Part shown: piece by piece, positions 1 through 11,445 of the stretch
Numbering within the stretch: position 1 is the first letter of the stretch
How the letters are laid out: each line of letters begins with the position of its first letter
Source of the DNA: Octopus vulgaris
Lineage: Eukaryota
Reading direction: 5' to 3'
Length of the DNA stretch: 64,000 nucleotides
Assembly (NCBI GenBank): GCA_951406725.2
Contig: OX597824.1
Span: 63,922,001-63,986,000, forward strand
Position numbers and translations under genes: made by a program
Notes under the pieces: generated by a model
Database searches by the model: none
What the model was told of the DNA's origin: nothing
Seen by the model: only the letters and a program-made list of their open reading frames with translations

Positions 1-137
1 CACCACCTTTAAGGGTTTTAATCGAAGAAATCGACCCTAGGACTTGTGGTTTTAGAGGCTAGTACTTATTCTGTCATTCTCTTTTGCCGAACCTCTAAGT
101 TACGAGGACGTAAACACACCAAAACCAGTTGTCAAGG
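1..137 (-). mobile_element. SINE family D, 3' fragment
   Basis: Aligns by eye to 41508-41635 (tcgaccc.aggactt...agtacttattct...ttttgccgaac..ctaagttac..ggacgtaaacacacc). Confidence 0.75.
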
Positions 138-257
138 CACTTTATCCCATTGAGTACTTATACGCTGCAATATTGGACTATTTTCTTCGGCTAATACAAG
201 GTGATCGCCTTTAAGCTTTAAGCTTATAATTATAACTTATTAACAGAACATGCATGC

Positions 258-290
<33 letters not shown>

Positions 291-639
291 TGTATGTATG
301 TATGCATGCATGTATGTATGTAAATCTGTTGATTCACCGACAGCCGATAAATTGCTAAACTGAATAACTGTACATTATAACAGAAAACGTCATAGTTCCA
401 GTACTCCGAGTTACATGCGATCATTCAGCAAATAATCAGGCCCTATTGATTCTTGAAATATCTGTTTGGATATATTTTGGAATATTATATAAAAGTTTTT
501 GAGAAAACACTTGTTTCAAGGTCAAGTTTTTCTTTTAATTTCTGTCTCTTGTGAGAATACTCCAAATGCTTTAAACTACACAAAAGCGAGGTCACTCTAA
601 TAACTTTTCTTATGAAATTGTGTAATTGTTTAATATTTT

Positions 640-715
640 CATATGTATATATATATATATATATATATATGCGTGCGTATATACAACATATATATTTATT
701 CATTTACATATATAT

Positions 716-779
<64 letters not shown>

Positions 780-840
780 TTATACATATATATGTATGTG
801 TGTATGTATTTATATTGATTTATATATATCTATATATATT
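640..840. repeat. (TA)n-rich microsatellite
   Basis: Direct reading of the sequence. Confidence 0.95.
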
Positions 841-1102
841 GATTAAGGCAGAGCTGCCAAAAGTCACCCCATAGTAAATCAAAATTCCATAAATACTATC
901 TGTAACTCTGTATTGACTCGAATAAATGTTGTCGCTTAAGAGGGACTTCAGTTTCAACAATTTACATGCTGTTCCATATTTAGATGCTTTTATTAAATGC
1001 ATTCAATTGTTTAACATACATCTTGGAATTAAATGGTTTTCATTTACTGCTACGTAAATTTTGGCCAACCCTGTATATTTTTTTATTTACACATATATAT
1101 TT

Positions 1103-1263
1103 ATTTTCTATTTTCTCTCCCCTTTATTTCTGTGTTCCTTTCTATCGAAGAGCGTAGGTTCGAAACGTAAAATACTTTCTCCCTCCCTAAGTGTTAAACT
1201 GATACATCTGTTTGTCGTTTACACACCCGTCTTCGTATTTTGTATGTTTGTAAATTCTCACTG

Positions 1264-1336
<73 letters not shown>

Positions 1337-1343
1337 GTATATA

Positions 1344-1377
<34 letters not shown>

Positions 1378-1536
1378 GTGAGAATTACAGAAAAGCAAAA
1401 GATGAAGACGGGTGTGTAAATACGAAACAGATGTATTAGTTTAACCCTCGGGAAGTGAGAAAGTCTTTAACGTTTCGAGTCTACGCTCTTCGAGAGAAAG
1501 GAACACAGAAATAAACAGGGGGAGAAAATAGATAAA
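1103..1536. repeat. Inverted pair of ~160-bp arms around a (TA)/(TG)/(CA) microsatellite; PLE-terminus-like
   Basis: 1103-1261 is the imperfect reverse complement of 1378-1536. Both arms carry gaagagcgtagRYtcgaaacgt. Confidence 0.8.
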
Positions 1537-1856
1537 GGTTTAGTGGCAAGCGATCTAACAAGTTGCATATTTTCTTTGTTCCCTCTTTCTTCCCTCTCTA
1601 CCATTTTCCACCCCAGCAACCAATCAACCGTTCTTCCTTTCTTTTTTCTACTCGTTTCCCTCAATTTTCTCTTTTAGACTTCAGTTCTCCAGAGAACACA
1701 ATGGTTCTTCCATTTCTCTGTTAATACATTTGTTTAAGATATACTCTTCAAACTTTTTATCTTACCATCCTTTCTTTTCTCAACGTACTTACGTGTATGG
1801 TTTTCTTTTCTCTCTCTCCCAGACGCTAAGATTTAATTATATATTTTTCTTTTCAT

Positions 1857-1895
<39 letters not shown>

Positions 1896-2068
1896 TGCAC
1901 ACACATTTGTCTGTCTATATGTTATTTCTGTGTTTATGTATTTACAGATGCATGTACATATATATAAATATGTATAATACATAATAATATAATGCATTTC
2001 AAACTAATACACCTGCTTGTTATTCCTTCGCTTGTTTATCTTCGTCTTTTGTTTCTGTAAATTTGAAC

Positions 2069-2100
<32 letters not shown>

Positions 2101-2129
2101 TGTGTGTATGTATGTATATATGTATGTAT

Positions 2130-2666
2130 GCTACTGGTAACATGTAACCCAGTACAACCTGTTGCATGGTCGGGTCGTCGGTGACTAAACCGGCAACCCC
2201 ACCAAGCTTGCTTGGTGAGGAGGGTGTTTATTGGACACCCTGCGGGATGAAAAACAAAACCCGTCAAAGGGCAGAGGAACTCTTGAGAGTCAACGGCCAT
2301 CCAATAAATGCCTTAAGGCTGTATCATGCGCGCAGACATAGAAATAATCGGACTGAATACCCGATCGCACGGTTGAACTATTGGGGGTGAAGGACTCCTA
2401 GCCTTTATTAGGGCATCCTTCTAGGAGAAGGTAACTCAGGTAATTGGGATAACTCTGACATAAAACCTGCGGCTCAGGAGTTACCGATGATGTTGACTTG
2501 TTCTTCTTTTCGGATTATGGCTGCTATTGCTTAGTGAGTGGGATTGACTCAGTGCACAGCCTTTCCTCACTTTAAAAAAAATCTTCTTGCACAGGCATTG
2601 CACGATAACAACATTGATTAATCTTCGTGCAATGGCCATATTTGATAACGAAGGGACAGCCACCAT
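2130..2666 (+). mobile_element. Non-autonomous RTE-derived retroposon embedded in (TATG)n
   Basis: Flanked on both sides by (tatg)n. Contains the RTE-5'UTR-like block ctaggagaaggtaactc...aaacctgcgg. A homologous copy lies at 15129-15470 (-). Confidence 0.6.
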
Positions 2667-3356
2667 GTATGTATGTATGTATGTATGTATTCACAGAGAG
2701 AAAAATACTAAACACGTGCGCTCGAATGTAATTATTTATTCAGTTGATGCTATATATATTTACTCATCTGTTTCAAGGTTCTCCACAAAATAGACGGGGA
2801 AAATATCAAATATATAAAAAAAAAACATGGTGGAAAAATCACTTACATTCGGCTGACTAAATATGGATTCCTGTTTGTGAAATGTGAGGTATAGCATGAT
2901 TCAGCAAAAAAACACTGGAGAGTGCAGGACAAGGGAAATAAATCTCAACTTACACTCAAATTGTATTAATTAGAAGTAAAATATGAATATACAGTAAGAT
3001 AATCGGCTGGTGATTGATATGAAAAGTTGTTTAAGATGAATTATTGAAATGAAGCATTAAATAAATTACAGTTAAGTAATTTAAAAGTTAATAATGGTAA
3101 CACTATATATGTGCGTATGTAATATTTTGAAATATCTTAAAATAGGGGGTTAGCTAAAGTTAATGAAATAATTAAACAACGGAGTATTTTAATAAATCAT
3201 AAAATAATTTTTAAATTTATAAAAGATATGTGATAAATGACAAAAGAATTACTTGAAAAAATAGATACGAGCATAATTCAAAATATGCATAGATATATAA
3301 ATAGACATGTAAATAATTATTTTAATCTCTTTTTGGTGATTGCCGACATGCGATAA

Positions 3357-3582
3357 AGGCGGTGACCTGGCAGATTCGTTAGCACACCGGACAAAATGGC
3401 TAGCGGCACTTCGTCCGTTCTACGCTCTGAGTTCAAATTCCGCTGAGATCGACTTTGCCTTTCATCCTTTTGGCGTTGATAAAATAAGTGCCAATTGCGC
3501 ACTGGAATCGATGTAATCGACTTAACCACCACCACCACCACCACCACTCGAAATTGCTGGTCTTATGCAAAAATTTGAAATC
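3357..3582 (+). mobile_element. SINE family B (tRNA-like head, ctttcatccttt.gg.gt.gataaaataag core)
   Basis: A-box-like tggcagattcgttagc, B-box gagttcaaattcc, shared core; many copies in the window. Confidence 0.85.
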
Positions 3583-4291
3583 ATTAATAGCCGATATAAT
3601 TATTGGTTGGCTGGTTGATTCATTCGTTCGTTCGTTGATTGGTTTGTTGGTTAATTTCTTAATTCACGTCTTAAATCATATACAATGAGTGCTGAGATAG
3701 TAAAAGGGAGATAAAAAAGAAGAATAAGCATAAGAGGTTTATGATGCATGCACATACTTAAAAACAGTGGCAGGCAATGAGTAAAGCTACACACACACAC
3801 ATAGATACACACACACACATAGACACACACACACAAACACACACACACACACGAAGAAGTAATGACTCACAAAGACAGGAAGGAGGAGGAGGAGGTAAAT
3901 GACAGAGTATTTAGTTTTTATGAGAAAAGTGAAACAAATGAAAATTTTGCTTTGTTTAATATTTTGAAGTAATAAATATTTTTCATCAGTTTATATAAGA
4001 ACCAAAACATTCGATAAAATTTAAATGACAATTTTATCACGTGTACCATATTTACTTATATTATCCATCATGGTGAACGTATACTGCCAAAGTTACCCCT
4101 TAATTGATGGGTAACACCTTAGTAAATAAAATGACTGATAAAAATTACATATGGGTATAACTTAAAAAGTTCTGAAGGAGGGATCAGAATAATGCAACCG
4201 AAGTGAGGCTGGAGTAAACTTATGTAATGCTGACAATCCACGATATATCATACAGAACTATGGGTTAAGAATTTATAATGAAATGTCAGTG

Positions 4292-4497
4292 TCAAATTTT
4301 GGCACAAGGCCAGCAAGTTCAGGGATGGGGTAAGTCAATTATATCGGCCCCAGTGAATGACTGGTAGTTATTTTATCGATCTCGAAGGGATGAAAGGCGA
4401 AGTAGACTTCGGGGAATTTGTACTCAGAATGTAAAGACGGATGAAATACCACCAAGCATTTTCTCGGCGTGCTAAGGATTCTGCTAGCTCACCACTT
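4292..4497 (-). mobile_element. SINE family B
   Basis: Reverse-complement match to the 3357 and 11943 copies. Confidence 0.85.
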
Positions 4498-4523
4498 CAA
4501 TAATAACAATAATAATAGTAATA

Positions 4524-6666
4524 GAGAGTGGCATATTCCCTAATGAGCAAAAAAGGCGTAAACGTGGGTCCTATGGTTGTAAAGATTAGCTACTCATCAA
4601 TAAGATTATCTTAGAAGATTGTCACAAAAGGCACAAAAACTTGTCGATAGCCTAGATTAGACTATAAAAAAGCTTTTGATAGTCTACCACATAACTGGAT
4701 TAAGAAATGTCTGGAAATGTACAAAATAGCACCTACTCTGCGAAACTTCTTGTCTGTAAGTATGAGATCGTGGAGAACCATACTGACTTTGAACAGCGAC
4801 AATGAATCTCTTAATGCTGGAGATGTAAGAATTTCATGTGGCATTTTCCAGGGTGACTCTCTATCAACACTCCTCTTTTGTCTAGCCTTAATACCACTCT
4901 TGAAATTGCTCAGTGATGTACAATATGGTTATAAAGGGTTTGATTAAAATATATATCATCTCATTTACATGGATGATTGAAAGCTCTTTGCAAAACATGA
5001 CCAACAACTACAGGGCTTACTAGCGATTGTTAAACAATTCAGTTATGACATCAGTATGCAATTTGGCCTCGATAAATGTGCAAAAGGAAAAATGACAGAA
5101 GCACCCAATGTTAATCTTGACAAGCAGAATGTCATAAAGGAAATAGAACCGGCGGAGAGCTCCAATCATCTAGAAGCATTTGAAGGGGACGGAATCAAAC
5201 ATTCAGCGATGCGGGAAAGGATGAGAAGAGAATGTTATCTTAGGGAGTAAGGGCAATACGCAAGACAGAGCTGAAAGCAAGAAACAGGATCGAAGTGACC
5301 AATACTTTAGCCATACCAGTCGTGACTTACAGTTTCAATATCATTAGCTGGTCAATTACTGAAATATGTAATCTTGACAGAAAAATACGAAAATTGTTGA
5401 CAATGCATAGAATGCACCACCCTGAAGCAGATATAGAACAGAAAAGAGGGAGGCCGTGGTCTTTTACAACTGGAATTAACAATGAAGATTACCGCAGTAG
5501 GCTTAGATACCTACCTGAAAAACTCTGATGACTGGATGTTAAAACTTGTCTCAAAACATGATACCCAGCAACAAAACAGGCAAAGGAATATCTAACTGAA
5601 TTCTAAATACAAAAAATTCCAGAATTAGACGTATTAGAAACAAGCACAGAAAAAGCTAAGCGTATGAAAACCCGTGCTAAAACTTCTGCCTTAGATATTC
5701 TTACAGATAAATGACAAGTAAAACCTCTCAATGGCAAATACCCAAAGAGAGCTAATAGAGCCGATATCGACAAAGCCCTTAACCATCAATGGTTAGTGTC
5801 TTCTGGCTTAAAATCAGAAACAGAAGGGTTTATCATAGCAGCCCAAGATCAATGCCTATCAACAAGAAACTTTAAGGCCAACATATTAAAGAACAGTAGC
5901 TGCCCAACATGTCGTGAATATCAACAACAAAATGAAACCATTGATCATGTTGCCTTCATGTGCAGTCTTCTTGCGCCCACAGAGTATCCCAACAGGTATG
6001 ATAGAGCAGCACAATATATTTACTGAGTAATTTGCAAAAACCTGGACCTGCCCCATGATAAAAGCTGGCGGGAACACAAACCACCTCCAGTGCTTGAAAA
6101 TGATCGCATCTCACTCCTCTGAAACTTCACCATTCAAACTAACAGAAAGATAGATGTGAATAGGCCAGACATTATATTGAAAGACTTCAGACAAAAATCA
6201 TGCCTCCTCATTGATATAACTGTCCCAATCGCTATAAATGTATCTGTCAAGACCTACCAAAAACTGAGAAAGTATAAAGATCTTGAAATAGAAATTGGTA
6301 AAATGTGGAACCTCAAGTCTAAAACAATACCTGTTGTCATAGGTGCTCTGGGAATGACAGTAAAAGGGGCTGATTCCTACCTAGCTCAGATACGAGTAAA
6401 CCCCAAAATGGCAGAAATTCAAAAGATAGTTCTCATGGGAACTGCCCCTATCCTACGTAAAATACTGTTTTTGTAATCTCAAATTTTAAAACAAACTTAT
6501 TATTTTCTTGTTTTCTTAAACATTCTCTAGAACAATACTATGTACAAAACCAAATATATGACACCCAAGGCATAACACCAATTTGAACTTCTAACTTGTG
6601 TTCTTTTGAGGTCTCTGGGTGAGACTTGGTGCCAACTTGTAGAAAATCAAAGCAAAAGTTAAACAT
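4524..6666 (+). mobile_element. 5'-truncated, degenerate R4/Dong-clade non-LTR retrotransposon (RT-CCHC-RLE)
   Basis: Motifs across frames: FPNEQK..GSYGCKD, GIFQGDSLSTLLFCLAL, HLIYMDD, FGLDKCA, SETEGFIIAAQDQ, CPTC..ETIDHV..C, NRPDII..DITVP..KYKDL, GTAPILRKIL. Many stops and frameshifts. (TAA)n on both sides. Confidence 0.92.
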
Positions 6667-6716
6667 ATAATAATAATAATAACAAAAACAACAACAACAG
6701 CAACAACAACAACAAC

Positions 6717-6801
<85 letters not shown>

Positions 6802-6820
6802 ACTATAATGATAATAATAA
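6667..6820. repeat. (TAA)n/(CAA)n/(TTA)n compound tract (LINE tail and target)
   Basis: Direct reading; orientation flips from TAA to TTA near 6763. Confidence 0.95.
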
Positions 6821-6963
6821 TCCTTTCTACGATAAGCGCAAGGCATGAAATTTAGGAGGAAGCAGTCGACAACATCGACCCCACTGTTTCACTGGTACTT
6901 AATTTTTCGATCTCAAAAGGATGAAAAGTAAAGTCGACCTCGGCGGAATTTGAACACAGAACA
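6821..6963 (-). mobile_element. SINE family B, 5'-truncated, with (ATT)n tail
   Basis: ctggtactta...aaaggatgaaaagtaaagtcgacctcggcggaatttgaac is the reverse complement of the B core. Confidence 0.8.
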
Positions 6964-7025
6964 AGCTGTGAACAATACATTAAAAAAACCTTAGGAATGA
7001 GAACCCAAGTTCAAACTTTCCCCAA

Positions 7026-7071
7026 GACACCTGATGAAGGCTGGAGGGTATATCAGCCGAAACGTTGTATT
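7026..7071 (+). ncRNA. Minimal type I hammerhead ribozyme-like motif (PLE-type)
   Basis: gacac-CTGATGA-a-ggctg(loop)cagcc-GAAAC-GTT-gtatt. Has a 5-bp stem II, palindromic AACGTT at stem III, and stem I with one mismatch. Confidence 0.65.
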
Positions 7072-7130
7072 AACAACAAACAAGACCAGGACAAATATCC
7101 GTCAAATATAAATAATGTAAATAATGTAAA

Positions 7131-8900
7131 ATTCTTTGCGCTTTTAGGATTATTTGTGGGCAGTATCAGGAGATTAAACTTTTCCTTTCCAAACCAATCC
7201 CGCTTATTATTGCACTGTTCTACATCCCCACAACACGTGATTATGATTCTCTACTCCACTATCATTCAAATGCCATATGTATTTTGAGATTGAAGCGGGG
7301 ATGCATTTGTCTTTGTATCTAAACGAATAGGTTTGTTGGCTGTATCTAATTTTGAAATTTTTTTCATAAACACGATGTTTTTCCGAACCATAAACAGCTT
7401 TTATACCAGCTCTACACTAGCTCCTTCGTGATTTACTTTTATTGTAGCTCCAAATTTTAGACCCTACATTCACTAAATAACTAAAGTGTCTTTAACAGAA
7501 CTGATATTGAAAAACAAATTAGTTCTATATACAGAGAGTGAGAAACTTTAATGTATCTTAGTAAGGAAACATACAGCTATATTAGTGACGACTATTGTAA
7601 TTTATAGTGGATTGAACAATACTTTTTGGTTTCTGCGTGTATTTAATTATTTAGAGCTTGATTCTAAATAGCTTATCACGTTGAAATTTCTTCCTTTCAA
7701 TATTCTATTATAGTACAGAGCAATCATGTCAAATATAGCCATATCTGCTAATAGATTTTGAAATGGGTCTATTCACATTACAAGTTATGTGTTTAATAAT
7801 TGCAGGCGAGTGATTAGAACCATTACAAATGTATAATGCTGGCTGGTTGTTAGCTCATTTAAAAATATATACTGTGAAACATATTACTGTTCTGGAAATA
7901 TTCCAACTACAAACAGATTGGCTTCCTGAACCATCATACCCGTGACCGAGAAAATTTAGACCTAAAATTAAGCACACTTCACAAATTTTCATTGGGACCT
8001 TGCGTATTTCTTTCCCGCGCCCCGCTTCACTGAGTAGATAGGTAGCATATAAGTGGATTGTTACTTACAGATAACAAGTCTACGGGCCTCATTCATTGTT
8101 TTCCGCCTTCCCGAATTCACTGAGCGAATCAGTTTCATTAAGGCAACAAGACGCTGCCAAAGGCTGATAAGCACCATAGAATGTGCACATCTTTAAATAA
8201 ATCCAGTTTCATACCGGTTGCTTAGTTATAAGAGGCTGGCTTCCGTACTGATAACGAACAGACATATCTAATATGAGATTTGATAATGCATGTATAACCA
8301 AATGTTGATAGGAGCCATTATATTTGAAATTTTACCTGAAAATTAATTGAACCTGCTGATTTACTGTTGAAACTCTAAACTGAGGTTCACGGGCAGCATT
8401 TGTCTAACAGTCAGATTTTTCTCCATCACTCAAGCTCTTTTGTTTTCATTTCTGTAATATAAGATCACGTAGTAGTGAAAATATCTGGTCCTTAACTTCG
8501 AATTTTTAGCCAAAAATCGGTGACACAATCACTTGAATTCATGGCTTGATACTAAATAGTTGGACTGATCTTTACACCTATTCATTAAAGCTTACAGGCG
8601 GCATACTCAAACTTAATACGGATTTGATTCGAACACACAAACAACGTAACATCCAAATGAGTAGGTGTTTAATATTTAAACATTTAAGGTTCCTGTGCGA
8701 AATCCAATGGAGGCACTACCCATATACGGTGCAGAGCACTTCTTTGCAACTATAATTACGCAGTCCAACTGCTTTCAAATACACAACACTCTGTTGTTCG
8801 TATTACAGCTCTTACTTCGGTTTGCATTGCATGTCTCTTTTAGTGTACCTGCTTACTCGTATACCATGCGCAAATCATGAATACTTGGAACAGCAACAGA
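7131..8900 (-). mobile_element. Highly decayed Penelope-like element (RT thumb + GIY-YIG endonuclease remnants)
   Basis: Manual minus-strand translation: LYICNGSNHSPAIIKHITCNVNRPISK (~7755-7838, cf. PLE YIH..SNHPP.IIK) and RYSQQTYSFRYKDK..SISKYIWHLND (~7260-7350, cf. PLE GIY-YIG LSKYIW.LK). The 5' boundary is uncertain. Confidence 0.6.
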
Positions 8901-9079
8901 GAAAAACCGTTTGAGATGACAGAATAGCTAGAGCGTCGGACAAAATGCTTATCTGCATTCAAATCAAGCACTGGAGATCAAAGGTGTCGATTGACCCTTT
9001 CCACTGACAATCACAGACCTTACGCCAAAATTACGAGGCGTTTGATTAACTTCATTTTTATTACGTATCATGCAACCTC

Positions 9080-9395
9080 GTGGGGGCGCAATGGTCCAAT
9101 GGTTAGGGTAGCGAACTCGCTTTCGGAGGATCGCGGTTTCGATTCCCAGACCGGGCATTGTGTGTGTTTATTGAGCGAAAACACCTAAAAGCTCCACGAG
9201 GCTTCGGCAGGGGGGGGGGGCAACCCTTGTTGTATTCTTTCGCTGCAACTTTCTCTCACTCTCTCTCTTCCTGTTTCTTGAGTAACGCTGCGATGGACTG
9301 GCATCCCATCCAGCTGGAGGGACACATATGCCACAGAAACCGGGAAACCGGGCCCATGAGCCTGGCTAGGCTTGAAAAGGGCGACGTTTATCGTT
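9080..9395 (+). mobile_element. SINE family A (tRNA-derived), full length with 14-bp TSD
   Basis: A box tggtccaatgg, B box ggtttcgattcc. TSD tatcatgcaacctc at 9066-9079 and 9396-9409. Confidence 0.92.
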
Positions 9396-10074
9396 TATCA
9401 TGCAACCTCACATAACTTTACTTCAACTCCGCATTAAATTTTTACTCCTTATTTTACTTCCTGATATATCTCCCACATTATTCCATAATATTCATATATT
9501 ATTTGTTAAATTATTTTCTTTATTATTGATAGATTTATTTTTTAACTTACTTATGCAGCGATCTATTTCTTTAATTATAAATGAATTTATTGCATTATTC
9601 AATCCTTTGTTTATACAAAGAAGTAGTAAATTAAATTGATTATTTACTTAACCAACCATTTTACATATTTTTTTCTTTTATTCATTATTTATTCAATTAT
9701 CAATAAATTAGTTTATTTCAAACTGTTATTTATTTGAATACTCATTACAATAATTTCTCTTAAACATCACTTCATGGCGTTTTTTATTCAAACTCTTATA
9801 TACTTATTTACTTCCACTTCTTTCAATTATAGTCTAAGATACATTTCATTTTATCCATCACCCACAAAATTTTACTTTGTTTCGTTTTTTTTTTTTCTCT
9901 CTCTCTTAAGATTCAGGATAAATCTCAATCGTTACTAACACGAAAACATTGCTCAGTCAATGAGACGTGTATTTTATTTCCATAACCTTATATATGCGTT
10001 TTGCTATTGTTGATAACAAGAAATCTTAACAGTGACAACACGTGGCTTCAGACGAATAAGAAAAAGTATATGTC

Positions 10075-10240
10075 AAGGCATGTGGTATCGTGTCTAGCGT
10101 GTTGCACTCGCGATCGCGGGATAGCGGTTTCGATTCCCAGAACGGCTGTAGGTTATGTTTTGGAGCAAGACGCTTCGGTTCACGTTACTCCTGTCCACTC
10201 AGCTGTAAATGGGTGACCTTGTGATGGACTGGCGACTCGG
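10075..10240 (+). mobile_element. Degenerate tRNA-headed SINE (A-like head, C-like core)
   Basis: gcggtttcgattcccag B box followed by gagcaagacgcttc..tcacgttactcctgtccactcagctgtaaatggg. Confidence 0.6.
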
Positions 10241-10902
10241 AAAAATCACCAGGACAGAATACGTTTTGTATTCAGCGATCGGAAGGATGAATAGTAAAAC
10301 GCATACTGTGAATCCCCACTGATTAGCATTGGTTGTTCACCTAAGTCTAAGAATGATGATGATACTAAAAGAAAATATAAACATAAATATGAGTACGTGT
10401 ATGCTTATATTTCCTTAGTTTGTTAAAGCTGTTGTTTATATCGAGTCCTTTTAGATCTTGTAACGACGCAAACCAATAAATAAGGATCGATGAAATAAGC
10501 ACTAGTTTGAAAATATTGAACTTGATATCAGCGGCTAAACTCTTGCAGGCGATGTTGGCTTATACATGACCAAGATTCAATGAATGTAACTAATAAATGA
10601 ATAAAATAAAGATATATCTGGTTGAAATGATATTTATGTTCAAATATGTACCACTACAGAGTGCTTGCTTTGAATGTCTACAAGCATTGTAAAGATTAAT
10701 TCACTGATATGTTGAAGCAAGCGCATAGCTAGTTCACTCTAATATCCAGTTCCCGTTTCAATATTAGAGCAATATACCTTTACCTTGCCGAAATTCCACA
10801 CATTTCAAACAATTTCGCATAATTCTTTGGATTTTGTAATTTGTATTGAAGCTCTTTTTTATATATGAGACTGCAACTTTTGTTGATGTTGCGTTGTTGT
10901 TG

Positions 10903-10903
<1 letters not shown>

Positions 10904-10933
<30 letters not shown>

Positions 10934-11445
10934 CTTCTTCTTCTTCTTCTTCTTCTTCTTCTTTCAAGCAGGACTCACGCCGTTAGCAACAAAGAATAAT
11001 CTCTAATTCGAACGTACTCTAAGCTACTAAGAATGCGTGTGGCAACTTGAAGATCCACCCACCACACGCTATAGACTGCGGTTGCACGGGCGCGAAAGTT
11101 ACGTTGTTATCCTCATTCTGTAAACGGTGGCTTTTAACGGGTGGAGAGCTGAACCATCCTGGGTTACAGAGGATTCGCAATCTAGACTAGGGTCTGAAAG
11201 TTTACCACACCATAGTGGGTTACACCATGGTTCCTCTGCTTTGTGGTAGAAGTAGGAAGAAAGAGTGAGAGAAAGTTGTGGTGAAAGAGTACAGCGGGGT
11301 TCACCACCCACCCTCCACGCCGGAGCCTCATGGAGCTTAGGTGTTTTTGCTTAATAAACACTCATAATGCCCGGTCTGGGAATCGAAACCGCGTTCTTAC
11401 GACCGCAAGTCCGCTTTCCTAACCACTGGGCTTTTGCGCCTCCAC
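10904..11445 (-). mobile_element. SINE family A head with an alternative long 3' body and (GAA)n tail
   Basis: 11255-11445 matches the family A head in reverse complement. 10966-11250 differs from the 9080 copy. (ttc)n lies at 10904-10963. Confidence 0.8.

Noticed and set aside
230-1378. ORFs rich in YI/CV/HT dipeptides (also at 13.7-14.2k, 21.7-23.2k, 30-31.8k, 42.7-43.6k, 57.4-58k)
   Set aside because: These are translations of microsatellites that lack stop codons in some frames; there is no coding signal.
9080-9155. tRNA gene
   Set aside because: The A/B boxes belong to a multi-copy SINE with a TSD, and there is no proper cloverleaf end.
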